From contig DJEN01000050.1 in assembly GCA_002431345.1 (NCBI GenBank), positions 2,371 through 66,370 of the forward strand: a DNA stretch of 64,000 bases, read 5' to 3'. Source of the stretch: Megasphaera sp. UBA5897 (GTDB lineage: Bacteria; Bacillota; Negativicutes; Veillonellales; Megasphaeraceae). Positions 44,395 to 54,489 of the stretch are shown in pieces. Every line of letters starts with the position of its first letter. Within the stretch, counting starts at the first letter, position 1. Below the pieces are notes generated by a model. It made no database searches. It saw nothing but the letters and a program-made list of their open reading frames with translations, and had not been told where the DNA came from. A program made the position numbers and the translations under genes.

Positions 44395-44656
44395 GTTCTG
44401 GCCTCCAATATATAATTATATAACGTTACCGCCTTTATCATATCACAAAATAATGGCGGTGAGAAGAAAAAAATAAAATGACCGATTTTGAAAGGCGATC
44501 CACATAAAATGACTGTTTTTGCAGATATTTTCTGAGTAAAATCAGAGAAAAATGAAAATAAAATGAGAGTTTGATTAAATCGCTTTCGGTTGGGCAGGAA
44601 TACAAAAATCACATGGCGAAGCTCATAAAAAACATGTGTCATGAGGAGGCGTTGCT

Positions 44657-45196
44657 ATGAAGAAGAAATGGATGGTACTGGGAATTGCCGCATTGCTGGG
44701 CTGTTGGGGAATGCAGGATATGCTGCCGTGGGGGCAGGAGCCGGCGAAAGAAGCGGCAGTACCGGCTTTGGAGGCGCCGCAGTCGGCGTCGCGGTATGTG
44801 TATATCAGCGGTGCCGTCAAAAAGCCGGGATTATATGCCTTTGCAGACGAAGTGCGGGTCGGCGAAGCGATTCATACAGCCGGTGATTTGCTGCCGTATG
44901 CAGATGCCGGTGCCGTCAATTATGCGGATATTGTGCAGGACGGCGCGCATATTCACGTGCCGTATGATCTAAACGGCGTTCCGGCTGGCGAAGCTGTACA
45001 GGATGGACGCATCAATATTAACGAAGCAGACGAACAAAAGCTGGCAGAACTTCCCGGTATTGGTCCGGCTATGGCTAAAAATATTACGGCGTATCGGGCA
45101 GAACACGGACCTTTTACGAGCATAGAAGAACTACAGAAAGTAAAAGGCATTGGTACAGCTAAGTTTAAGAAACTGCAGGATAAGGTGAATGTATGA
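44657..45196 (+). CDS. comEA: Competence DNA receptor ComEA
   Basis: TM anchor, SLBB (YISGAVKKPG), HhH motifs LPGIGP and VKGIG. Confidence 0.92.
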   Translation: MKKKWMVLGIAALLGCWGMQDMLPWGQEPAKEAAVPALEAPQSASRYVYISGAVKKPGLYAFADEVRVGEAIHTAGDLLPYADAGAVNYADIVQDGAHIHVPYDLNGVPAGEAVQDGRININEADEQKLAELPGIGPAMAKNITAYRAEHGPFTSIEELQKVKGIGTAKFKKLQDKVNV

Positions 45197-47319
45197 CGCA
45201 TTGGGGTATGGGGATTGCTTTATCCTGCTGCTTGGGCATGATGAGCGCTGTCTATGCAGGCATACTATGGAGCGGCGGGGCTGTTGGCAGTGTGCTGTTT
45301 GGCGGCAGTGCCTTCTTGCTGCGCGCGCACAAAACGGCCTGCTGGTGTTGTTTGTTTCTGTGTTTTTTTTGTATTGGTGCCGGCCGAATGGCTTGGGAAG
45401 AAAAAGCATACGAACAACTGCCTGCGTATTTGCAGGGAGCTGATTTGGCAATGGAAGGAACTATTGCCGAAAAGGGAAATACATACGAGACGGAAAAAGG
45501 CCGGATGACACGGTATGTCGTGGCGTTGGAACAGTTTGCCTATGCCGATGACGGGATAAAGCGGCAGGGGCAGGGATATTTGTATGTTACGATGCCGACG
45601 AAAGAAATATGGCAGCCTGCAGCGCGGATTGCATTTCGAGGAACGGTACAGCCGCTTACGTATTACCGCAACCAAGGAGCATATGACGCACGGCATCGGG
45701 ATAAAGAAAAATCCATATATTTAAAAACATATATCGAGGACAGCCAGCAGGTACGGCTGCTGGCAGAGCCTGCCGGCTGGCGGCATGCACTGCAGCAGCT
45801 GCGGGAAAGATTGACCCGGGCTTTTCAGCGTATATTGTCGAGAGATAATGCGTATATACTGAGCAGTTTGCTTTTTGGCGGCCATTATGAAGATTTGCCG
45901 CCGGGGTTGATTGAAAGCTTCAGCACAACCGGCCTGATTCATATTCTTTCTGTATCGGGCTCCCATATTGCATTGCTGCTGACGGTAATACAGCTGGCAG
46001 GGAAGATGCTGGGCCTGCGGGAGAAAGGCTTATTTTTATTAGCTGTGTTCTTTGTCATCGGGTACAGTGCTTTGTCCGAATTTGTATCTCCTGTCATACG
46101 GGCTTCCATCATGGGCATGCTGTGTGCCTGCAGCGTCGTTGTCAAACGAGAATACACCAGCTCCCATGCATTGGCATTGGCTGTGCTGTGTATGGTGTTG
46201 TACAGCCCGTTTTTGGTGTATGATTTGAGTTTTCGTTTATCCTGCGGCGCATCAGCCGGCATTGTCCTGCTGCAGCCGGCTATGAAACATTACTTGCGTG
46301 TATTGCCTGCGTTTCTTCGCGATAGTTTGTCTGTTTGTATTTGTGCGCAGCTGTTGCTGTTGCCGGTCCTGCTGGCTAATTTCTTTTCGCTGCCTGTGTA
46401 TGCGTTGGCAGCCAATCTATTGATCGCGCCTGTACTGGATATCGTCATTGTTTTGGGACTTTTGGCAGCTGTGTTGTCTGTTTTTTGTGAAACAGCGATG
46501 GACACGGTGTTATGGTTCATTGCGCCGCTGCTGTCGCTGGCTGTCAAAGGCAATTACTTTTTGGCGTCCCTGCCGTACAGCCGGTATTGGTTGGGAGCGT
46601 TGACGTTTCCTTGGGCAGCTGCCTGGTATCTGGGGCTTGGCGCAGTTTTCTTTTGGCCGTCCCGACGGCGGAAGTTGTTGATTTTGACAGGATTGTGGCT
46701 GCTGGGGACAGGCCTTTGGACGCAGTATCAAAAACCGGAAGCCGTCGTGTATGTATTTGATACAGGAAAGGACAAAGCAACCTGTATTCGCTATAGTGAT
46801 AGTTCTGTATATCTGTGGTATAATAAGTCACAGTGGGCCAGCCCGATGCAGCCAACCAGCGTGTTGGCGCCGGCCATGCGCTGTGCAGGCATATTTGCTG
46901 TGACGGAGTGTATCGTCAGCGGCTATGAAGCAGAAAAAACGGCAGCGCAGTTGGAACACCTCTTTGTACTGCAGGCGCCATGCCGTATCCTGTCTGCCCC
47001 GGCAGAGGGCATGGCTGGAGAAAGAAAAGGCATACCGTATTATATATGCGATACAGTACCCCATAGTGGATTTTCCCGTCCGGGCTGTTTGGAAATACGC
47101 AGCCTTTCGGCTAAGCAGCCCCTAGCCTTTCCCAAACAGGCGGATGCGCTGATTATATATCGAAATCATAAGCAGGATGAGATGTATACCGAATGGCTGG
47201 AACGGGCTGCATATGAAGGGATTCCCTGCTATTCAACCTTTCGTGACGGTCAGATTATCGGAACGTATCGGCATGGCGCGTGGCAATTTACAACCTACGG
47301 CGGTGATAGTAACCAATGA
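45193..47319 (+). CDS. comEC: DNA uptake channel ComEC/Rec2
   Basis: HILSVSGSHI competence motif, multiple TMs, OB domain; degenerate C-terminal lactamase-like domain. Confidence 0.9.
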   Translation: MTHWGMGIALSCCLGMMSAVYAGILWSGGAVGSVLFGGSAFLLRAHKTACWCCLFLCFFCIGAGRMAWEEKAYEQLPAYLQGADLAMEGTIAEKGNTYETEKGRMTRYVVALEQFAYADDGIKRQGQGYLYVTMPTKEIWQPAARIAFRGTVQPLTYYRNQGAYDARHRDKEKSIYLKTYIEDSQQVRLLAEPAGWRHALQQLRERLTRAFQRILSRDNAYILSSLLFGGHYEDLPPGLIESFSTTGLIHILSVSGSHIALLLTVIQLAGKMLGLREKGLFLLAVFFVIGYSALSEFVSPVIRASIMGMLCACSVVVKREYTSSHALALAVLCMVLYSPFLVYDLSFRLSCGASAGIVLLQPAMKHYLRVLPAFLRDSLSVCICAQLLLLPVLLANFFSLPVYALAANLLIAPVLDIVIVLGLLAAVLSVFCETAMDTVLWFIAPLLSLAVKGNYFLASLPYSRYWLGALTFPWAAAWYLGLGAVFFWPSRRRKLLILTGLWLLGTGLWTQYQKPEAVVYVFDTGKDKATCIRYSDSSVYLWYNKSQWASPMQPTSVLAPAMRCAGIFAVTECIVSGYEAEKTAAQLEHLFVLQAPCRILSAPAEGMAGERKGIPYYICDTVPHSGFSRPGCLEIRSLSAKQPLAFPKQADALIIYRNHKQDEMYTEWLERAAYEGIPCYSTFRDGQIIGTYRHGAWQFTTYGGDSNQ

Positions 47320-48338
47320 AACCAGTAGCAATTATATATGGAACAGAACCGTATTTGATGGAGCAGGGCAAAGCCGCTTTTTTGGCATCCTGCCGTGAAC
47401 GCAGCCAAGAGGCAGATGTACAGGTGTTTCACAAAGATACTGCCGCGGCAGCTGTCGTGGAAGCGTTTGAAGGAACGAGTCTGTTTGGCGGCGGCGGAAT
47501 CAGTATTTGGTATGACTGTCCTTTTTTGCCTGTCAAGCGGGGAGGCCGCTCGCGAAGCAAGCTTTCTAAAGAGGAAACATGGTTTTTGGAAAAACTGGCT
47601 CATATGAGTGACGAAAATGGGCTGTTGTTTTATACCAAAGGCAAACTCGATGCGGGCAGTGCTTTTTTTAAAGCGCTGCGGCCTATGGCTGATGTCATCG
47701 AGGGAGAAGCGGTTACAGAAAAAAATATTATGCCGTACGTAGAAACGTTTTTGCGGAAAAAAGGAAAAACGCTGACACGCAGTGCACAGCAGTATTTACG
47801 GGGGTTGTTTCAGACATGGAATGAGATTCCGCTTATGTATGTTTTTTCTGAATTGGAAAAGATGTGCATTACGCTGACAGAGAAAACAGGTACTGTCGAT
47901 GTGCCGGATTTGCAGGAATTATTTGCCGGTACGATGGAAAAGAATCTCTTTACATTTATGGATTATTTTCTGCGTCGTGACGGCAGGCATACGATCCCGT
48001 TTATTGAAGGATTGTTTGCCCGTCAGGATTTGTTTTTAAAAAATACAGGGTATATGCTGTCCAGGCTGCGGCTGCTGCTGGCATATAAGGAGCTGCAGCA
48101 GGCTCATATGGGGCCGCGGCAGTGTGAACAGATTATGACGCAGATTAATAAGGGACGCAGTGTCAAATATGTCTTGTATCACTTGCAAAAAGTGACATCG
48201 TATTGGACTATGGAAGAGCTGCGCGCCATGATTAGCAGTATATTTATATTACAGCGCAATATTCGCAGAGGAACGGCAGCAGTAGAAGATATAGGGCCGC
48301 TTATTTGTTTATATTGCAGTACTAAAGGCAGGGTTTAA
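47316..48338 (+). CDS. holA: DNA polymerase III delta subunit
   Basis: IYGTEPYL, SLFGG, ELEKM; comEC-holA synteny. Confidence 0.82.
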   Translation: MKPVAIIYGTEPYLMEQGKAAFLASCRERSQEADVQVFHKDTAAAAVVEAFEGTSLFGGGGISIWYDCPFLPVKRGGRSRSKLSKEETWFLEKLAHMSDENGLLFYTKGKLDAGSAFFKALRPMADVIEGEAVTEKNIMPYVETFLRKKGKTLTRSAQQYLRGLFQTWNEIPLMYVFSELEKMCITLTEKTGTVDVPDLQELFAGTMEKNLFTFMDYFLRRDGRHTIPFIEGLFARQDLFLKNTGYMLSRLRLLLAYKELQQAHMGPRQCEQIMTQINKGRSVKYVLYHLQKVTSYWTMEELRAMISSIFILQRNIRRGTAAVEDIGPLICLYCSTKGRV

Positions 48339-48339
48339 A

Positions 48340-49908
48340 TTGCAGGAAGAAGAAAAAGCTCGAAAAGAACGAATGAAAGATTATCGCCGTCGGTATCGTG
48401 CCAAGCACGGCATCAAAGAACATCCGCACCGCTGGAAGAAAGTCGCCGGCGTGGTGATCGCCGTATGCATTGCCGGCTTTGGCAGTTTTTTTGCGGCGCA
48501 GCATAAAGCCGCCGCAATGGTGACGCTGGATGGACAGTCGATTCAAGGATGGACTGCTGATGATTTGCAGCAGTATATCACAGCGCACAAACAGCAGCTT
48601 AAAGGACAGAAAATAACGATTACAGGGAAAGATATAGACGAAACGATTTCGCTGGATGCCCTGCATGTGGATTTTGACCGGGACCGCATCACTGATGAAT
48701 TATATTTGGTTGGACGAACCGGTTCTCCCATGCACCGCGTAGCAGAAGTCGTTGCGACACTGCGGTTTGGCAAAGACGTGCCGCTGTCTCTCAAAGTCGA
48801 TGATGACGCATTGAATGATAAGATTACGGATATATATAATACATACAATCAAGAAGCAAAAGATGCGTATGCCGAACCGAATGCAGATAATGCGACCGTT
48901 ACGCTGCATAAAGAAAAAGACCGTATTGTAATAGATACAGAGGCACTGCGCAGCCAGATTGACGATCAGCTGCATGCAGGAACGCCGTCTTCTATCGACG
49001 CACCGATTCAGTCGCGGGAAGAAGCGTCTGTGAAAAAAGACGATTTAAAATCCATTGATACAGTATTATCGTATTATACAACGCACTTTGATGATTCCAA
49101 TAAAGACCGCAACGACAATATCCTTTTGGCGCAGAAAAAGCTGAATCATGCACTCGTACCGGCACAAAAAGATTTTTCCTTTAACAAATATGTCGGTGCA
49201 CGGACACATGAAAATGGCTACAAAGATGCGCCGGTATATTTTGACAACAAGCTTGTGCCGGATGCCGGCGGCGGTGTCTGCCAGGTTAGTACGACGCTGT
49301 TTAATGCTGTCTTGCGTGCCGGATTGTTTATTGCCAGCCGGTCGCCTCATTTTGCGCCGGCTGCCTACGTGCCGGTTGGTATGGATGCGACCGTTGCGGA
49401 CGATTCGTTGGATTTTGCCTTTACCAATCCGTTCCAGCATCCGGTCTATGTCTATACGGCAGCTGGTGAAAACTCGATTACAACCTATATTTTGGGCAAT
49501 CATGCCGATACCTGCACGGTAACGTTCCAGACGACAAAACTGCAGAATCTGCCGCATCGCGTTGTGCATAAACATGATGACAATGCCGTGACGGACAAAG
49601 TGGAACAAGAAGGCTACGATGGACATGACATTACTGTGCACCGTACCGTAACATACACGGACGGCGATCATTATGCCGATGACATTACATCCCATTATGC
49701 ACCCAACACGGAAATTGTTATTACCAACGGCCCGGCTTCTGAAGATGTCGTCAAAACGTCCGATTTGGAACCGCAGGATGTTCTCATCAATGCCCTGCAT
49801 GATATGCTGCAGGCTGTTGCGGCTCCCAGTGAAGATGCAGACAGTACAGATACTGATGATGACGGCAGTACAGACGGCAGTGACGGGTATGACGAAGAAG
49901 ATGAATAA
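48340..49908 (+). CDS. VanW-family membrane-anchored protein (PG-binding, VanW and G5-like domains)
   Basis: FSFN..VG.R, GGGVCQVSTTLFNA, YVPVGMDATV; acidic tail. Confidence 0.88.
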   Translation: MQEEEKARKERMKDYRRRYRAKHGIKEHPHRWKKVAGVVIAVCIAGFGSFFAAQHKAAAMVTLDGQSIQGWTADDLQQYITAHKQQLKGQKITITGKDIDETISLDALHVDFDRDRITDELYLVGRTGSPMHRVAEVVATLRFGKDVPLSLKVDDDALNDKITDIYNTYNQEAKDAYAEPNADNATVTLHKEKDRIVIDTEALRSQIDDQLHAGTPSSIDAPIQSREEASVKKDDLKSIDTVLSYYTTHFDDSNKDRNDNILLAQKKLNHALVPAQKDFSFNKYVGARTHENGYKDAPVYFDNKLVPDAGGGVCQVSTTLFNAVLRAGLFIASRSPHFAPAAYVPVGMDATVADDSLDFAFTNPFQHPVYVYTAAGENSITTYILGNHADTCTVTFQTTKLQNLPHRVVHKHDDNAVTDKVEQEGYDGHDITVHRTVTYTDGDHYADDITSHYAPNTEIVITNGPASEDVVKTSDLEPQDVLINALHDMLQAVAAPSEDADSTDTDDDGSTDGSDGYDEEDE

Positions 49909-49940
49909 TTCATACGTATTCCGGAAAGGATAGAAAACGA

Positions 49941-52900
49941 ATGAAAGTATGGCATATTGTTCCTAAGCATGATGTTGTGATTCCTTTTGATGACCAGCAT
50001 CCTGTCTGCGTAGAAGAAATATGCGCATTGCCGACAGAAAAAAAATGGAAGATACGGACACAGTCCGACTACGAAATTTCAGATATAGATAAGCTGCGCC
50101 AGGCTGTGCGCTGCAAGTTGGCATTGGAAGGAGATATCGACGTAGAACATCAAGCCGTAGCCGTTCATCATGGCGGCGATATACCGCTGACACTGTGTGA
50201 CGACGACCCGCTGCGCAGCGTAGTCAATGTGTCGGCAGATGACATGGATGGGTACGGTATACCGCATGAAGACTGCTATGATTCCATTTATGAAGAAGAC
50301 GATTCTTTATATGATGAAGACTATCGCAAAGCCTGCAAAGCAGCGGAAGAGGGACCGGTAAAGAAAACCGGCAGCCAAGGCAGCGGTACGGGCAGAAGCA
50401 GTACAGACAGCCGGGTTTGGTTTGGCAAATCCTTTAGCGGCGATATACTGCCCATTAACGATATTCTCGGTGAAGAACGCAATGATATCATCATTAAAGG
50501 GAAGATTGTAAAAATTGAATTTCGTGAATTAAAATCTAAACGGATTTTGATGTCTTTCCAAATTGCGGATACAGGAAACGGCATTTCCGGCCGGCAGTTT
50601 TTGGAAGTAGGCGGGAACAGCAATGCCAGCAAATACCGCCGCAAAAGCGTGCTGTCGCCAGAGGACTATGATCTGCTCGTCAAGCGGATGGCTGTAGGGG
50701 CCTATGTCCGTATTCATGGTGACGTTATCTATGACACATATGTCAATGACTATGTATTCAGTGCCAAAGATATTATGGAAGAAGAAGCAGAAACAGTAGA
50801 ACGGGAAGATAATAACCCGACGCCGCGCGTAGAATTGCATCTACATACCGTTATGAGTGATATGGATGCGCTGATTACGGTGAAAAAATTAATCAAAACG
50901 ATAAAAAAATGGCATCATCCTGCCATTGCCGTTACGGACCACGGTGTTGTGCAGTCTTTCCCGCTGCTACAGGAAATTTCTACGGACAAGACCAATAACG
51001 TCAAAGTCATATACGGCATGGAAGGCTATTTGTTTGATGATAAAATTGACCAATCCTATCACATCATTATCTTAGCGAAAAACCAAGTGGGTATTCGCAA
51101 CTTGTATAAACTCGTCAGCATTTCCCATTTGAAATATATTTATCGCGGCCGGCCGCGGATTCCCCGTGCCGTGCTGAACGAATACCGGGAAGGACTGATT
51201 TTGGGATCTGCCTGTGAAGCCGGCGAATTGGTCCGCTCTATGGTGCAGAAAAAACTGCCTTATGAAGAATTGAAAAAAATTGCTTCGTACTATGACTATT
51301 TGGAAATTCAGCCGCTTACGAACAATCAATTCCTCGTGCGGGAAGGTTTGGTTGCCGATGATGAAGGGCTGCGGGATATTAACCGCACGATTTTAAAACT
51401 CGGCGATGAGTTGGGTAAGATGACCGTAGCAACTTGTGATGCCCATTTCCTCAATCCGGAAGATAAAATTTATCGTGAAATCCTGATGACGGGCAAGGGC
51501 TTTAAAGATGCGCAGTTCCAGCCGGATTTGTACTTGCGGACTACGGATGAAATGCTTAGGGAATTTGTGTACCTTGGCGAAGAACGCGCCAGAGAAGTCG
51601 TTATCACCAATCCCAACAAGGTTAATGAAATGATTGAAGATGTTCGGCCTGTGCCGAAGGAAACACTGTACTTCCCGCAGATTGCCGGTTCTTCCGAAGC
51701 GTTGAAAAACATGTGTTATGAAAAAGCGCACCGGATTTACGGCGACCCGCTGCCTAAAATCGTAGAAGACCGATTGGAAGAAGAATTTACATCTATTCTC
51801 GGCCACGGGTTCGGTGTCTTGTATTACATTGCGCACAAACTGGTAAAACATTCCAACGATGACGGCTATCTCGTAGGGTCGCGTGGGTCTGTCGGTTCTT
51901 CCTTTGTCGCTACGATGTCCGACATTACGGAAGTCAATCCGCTGCCGCCGCATTATGTTTGCCCGCATTGCCAATACAGTGAATTTTTTACGCACGGAGA
52001 AGTCGGCGGGGGATTTGACCTGCCTGATAAAACATGTCCGAAATGCGGCACGCCGCTGCACAAAGACGGGCATAATATTCCGTTTGCCATTTTCCTGGGA
52101 TTTGACGGCGACAAAGTTCCGGATATTGATTTGAACTTTTCCGGCGAATACCATCCGAAGGCACACAAATATACAGAAGAACTGTTTGGCAAGGACAATG
52201 TTTTCCGTGCCGGCACGATTGGTGCCGTCAAAGACAAGACGGCGTATGGCTATGTCATGAAATGGGCTGAAGCCCGAGGCATTCGCGTCAACGATGCGTA
52301 TGTCAACAGCTTAGTCAGCGGCTGCACCGGCGTCAAGAGTACGACAGGCCAGCATCCGGGCGGCGTCATGGTTATTCCGCGCGATATGGATGTGCACCAC
52401 TTTACACCCGTGCAGTATCCGGCCAATAAGAAAGACAGCGGCATTATCACGACGCATTTTGATTATCACTCCATTGAAGGCCGTTTGGTTAAACTCGATA
52501 TTCTCGGCCATGATGATCCGACTGTTATTCGCATGCTGGAAGACATGACGGGCGTCGATGCCAAGACGATTCCCTTTGATGACCCGGAAACGATGAGTCT
52601 GTTTTGCTCGCCGAAGGCGTTGGGCGTTACAGCAGAAGAACTAGGCTCCCAAGTCGGCAGTCTGGGGATTCCGGAATTTGGCACGACGTTTGTCCGCAAA
52701 ATGCTCGTCGATACCAAGCCGAAAACTTTTTCTGAATTGGTACGTATTTCCGGCTTTTCTCATGGGACAGACGTTTGGCTGAACAACGCGCAGGATTTAA
52801 TCACTTCCGGGACCGTGCAGTTGAAAGAAGCCGTTTCCACTCGTGACGACATCATGAACTATTTGATTCAGCACGGCATACAACCGAAAACAAGTTTTAA

Positions 52901-53573
52901 GGTCATGGAAAATGTCCGCAAAGGGAAGGGAATTGATAAGCTGAATAAATTGGGACAGAAAACGACGGACTATGAAGGCGAACTGAAAGAAGGCCATATC
53001 CCGCAGTGGTTTATCGATTCGTGCCACAAGATTGGCTATTTATTCCCTAGAGCCCATGCGGTTGCGTATGTTATGATGGCGTTCCGGATTGCTTGGTTTA
53101 AAATCAACTATCCCTTGGCGTACTATGCGGCTTTCTTTACGATTCGCGCCAAAGCGTTCAAGCTCTCTGCCATGATTCATGGGCTGGAAGGCCAGCGAAA
53201 GGCTATGAAAGAAATTTTGGCGAAGGGAAAAAGCACCACTAAGATTGATCAGGATTTGTATTCTGCCCTGGAATTGGCCGTAGAAATGAGCCTGCGCGGC
53301 TACTCCTTTATGAATGTGGATATCAGCCGTTCTGCGGCGACAAAATTTACGATTTGTGACGGAAAAATCCTGCCGCCGTTTACGGCTGTAGACGGCTTGG
53401 GAGAAAACGTAGCTGAACAAATTGTAGCAGCTCGCAAAGAAGCACCGTTTAGTTCCAAAGCCGACCTCAAGATGCGGGGCAAAGTCAATCAGTCTACGGT
53501 GGATTTGATGGCAGAAGAAGGCTGTTTGGGTGACTTGCCGGAAGATGAACAAATTGACTTGTTTGCAATGTAA
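49941..53573 (+). CDS. polC: DNA polymerase III PolC-type, lacking the exonuclease insertion
   Basis: ELHLHT PHP domain, GSRGSVGSS, CPHC/CPKC zinc finger, KVPDIDLNF, KLDILGHD, C-terminal QIDLF clamp motif. Confidence 0.96.
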   Translation: MKVWHIVPKHDVVIPFDDQHPVCVEEICALPTEKKWKIRTQSDYEISDIDKLRQAVRCKLALEGDIDVEHQAVAVHHGGDIPLTLCDDDPLRSVVNVSADDMDGYGIPHEDCYDSIYEEDDSLYDEDYRKACKAAEEGPVKKTGSQGSGTGRSSTDSRVWFGKSFSGDILPINDILGEERNDIIIKGKIVKIEFRELKSKRILMSFQIADTGNGISGRQFLEVGGNSNASKYRRKSVLSPEDYDLLVKRMAVGAYVRIHGDVIYDTYVNDYVFSAKDIMEEEAETVEREDNNPTPRVELHLHTVMSDMDALITVKKLIKTIKKWHHPAIAVTDHGVVQSFPLLQEISTDKTNNVKVIYGMEGYLFDDKIDQSYHIIILAKNQVGIRNLYKLVSISHLKYIYRGRPRIPRAVLNEYREGLILGSACEAGELVRSMVQKKLPYEELKKIASYYDYLEIQPLTNNQFLVREGLVADDEGLRDINRTILKLGDELGKMTVATCDAHFLNPEDKIYREILMTGKGFKDAQFQPDLYLRTTDEMLREFVYLGEERAREVVITNPNKVNEMIEDVRPVPKETLYFPQIAGSSEALKNMCYEKAHRIYGDPLPKIVEDRLEEEFTSILGHGFGVLYYIAHKLVKHSNDDGYLVGSRGSVGSSFVATMSDITEVNPLPPHYVCPHCQYSEFFTHGEVGGGFDLPDKTCPKCGTPLHKDGHNIPFAIFLGFDGDKVPDIDLNFSGEYHPKAHKYTEELFGKDNVFRAGTIGAVKDKTAYGYVMKWAEARGIRVNDAYVNSLVSGCTGVKSTTGQHPGGVMVIPRDMDVHHFTPVQYPANKKDSGIITTHFDYHSIEGRLVKLDILGHDDPTVIRMLEDMTGVDAKTIPFDDPETMSLFCSPKALGVTAEELGSQVGSLGIPEFGTTFVRKMLVDTKPKTFSELVRISGFSHGTDVWLNNAQDLITSGTVQLKEAVSTRDDIMNYLIQHGIQPKTSFKVMENVRKGKGIDKLNKLGQKTTDYEGELKEGHIPQWFIDSCHKIGYLFPRAHAVAYVMMAFRIAWFKINYPLAYYAAFFTIRAKAFKLSAMIHGLEGQRKAMKEILAKGKSTTKIDQDLYSALELAVEMSLRGYSFMNVDISRSAATKFTICDGKILPPFTAVDGLGENVAEQIVAARKEAPFSSKADLKMRGKVNQSTVDLMAEEGCLGDLPEDEQIDLFAM

Positions 53574-53661
53574 AGACTATCGACATTCTTTTTAATTTGT
53601 CATATAATACAATTATGTTTTATACGCTAAAGGATAAAAGTGAAAAGGAGTTGAGCTGTTG

Positions 53662-53994
53662 ATGAGTGCAAACGAAAAATTGAAGGATCACCTTCATGAC
53701 CAGCTCTTTACGGCCATTTTGGAGCTGCAGGATTTAGATGAATGCTACGAGTTCTTTGAAGATATATGTACGATTCAGGAAATGAAAGCGATTGCGGCCC
53801 GGCTGGAAGTGGCACGCATGCTGAAAGCCGGCGATATCTATGAAGATATTGTCAAAAAAACCGGGGCAAGCACGGCTACTATCAGCCGTATTAAACGCTG
53901 CCTGATGTATGGCAGCGGCGGCTACGGCAAAATCCTGGATCGAATGGCTGCGAAGAACCCGGATGTATTAAAAATTAGTCCTAAGAAAAAATAA
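53662..53994 (+). CDS. YerC/YecD TrpR-like protein
   Basis: ECYEFFEDICT, TGASTATISR. Confidence 0.9.
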   Translation: MSANEKLKDHLHDQLFTAILELQDLDECYEFFEDICTIQEMKAIAARLEVARMLKAGDIYEDIVKKTGASTATISRIKRCLMYGSGGYGKILDRMAAKNPDVLKISPKKK

Positions 53995-54009
53995 AGGAGA
54001 CAAGGTTGG

Positions 54010-54453
54010 ATGAAAGCCTTTTTAGAAGAATTTAAAAATTTTGCTATGCGCGGCAATGTAATTGACATGGCTGTCGGTGTAGTGATTGGGGCTGCTTTCG
54101 GTAAGATTGTCAGCTCACTGGTAAGCAATGTCATTATGCCGCCGTTGGGCGTATTGATTGGCGGCATTGATTTTTCGGACTTTTTTATTGCGCTGAGTAC
54201 GACACAGCATCCGGCGACGCTTGCAGAAGCGCAGGCACAGGGGATTCCGGTGATTGCGTACGGCCTGTTTTTAAACACCGTACTTGAATTCTTAATTATT
54301 GCGTTTGCTATTTTTATTGTGATTAAGCAGATCAACCGCCTGTTTCCCAAAAAAGAAGCAGCACCGGAACCGAGACTTTGTCCTTACTGCCGTATGCCGA
54401 TAGCTGATGATGCGACACGGTGTCCGCACTGCACCAGTACGTTGACAAAGTAA
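54010..54453 (+). CDS. mscL: Large-conductance mechanosensitive channel with C-terminal zinc ribbon
   Basis: [32 protein letters not shown] tail. Confidence 0.95.
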   Translation: MKAFLEEFKNFAMRGNVIDMAVGVVIGAAFGKIVSSLVSNVIMPPLGVLIGGIDFSDFFIALSTTQHPATLAEAQAQGIPVIAYGLFLNTVLEFLIIAFAIFIVIKQINRLFPKKEAAPEPRLCPYCRMPIADDATRCPHCTSTLTK

Positions 54454-54489
54454 TGATACATACAGAAAGAAGGCAGCAAGAAACATATT

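Noticed and set aside
44395..44460. Possible purine or ZMP riboswitch before purC
   Set aside because: Leader is short and AT-rich with no recognisable aptamer
49830..49908. Near-repeats (GACAGTACAGA / GACGGCAGT) at the end of the VanW-like gene
   Set aside because: Simply encodes an acidic low-complexity tail; not a CRISPR or tandem array
48340..49908. VanW-like gene as a vancomycin resistance determinant
   Set aside because: No vanHAX or vanRS neighbours; VanW-domain cell-wall proteins are widespread housekeeping genes
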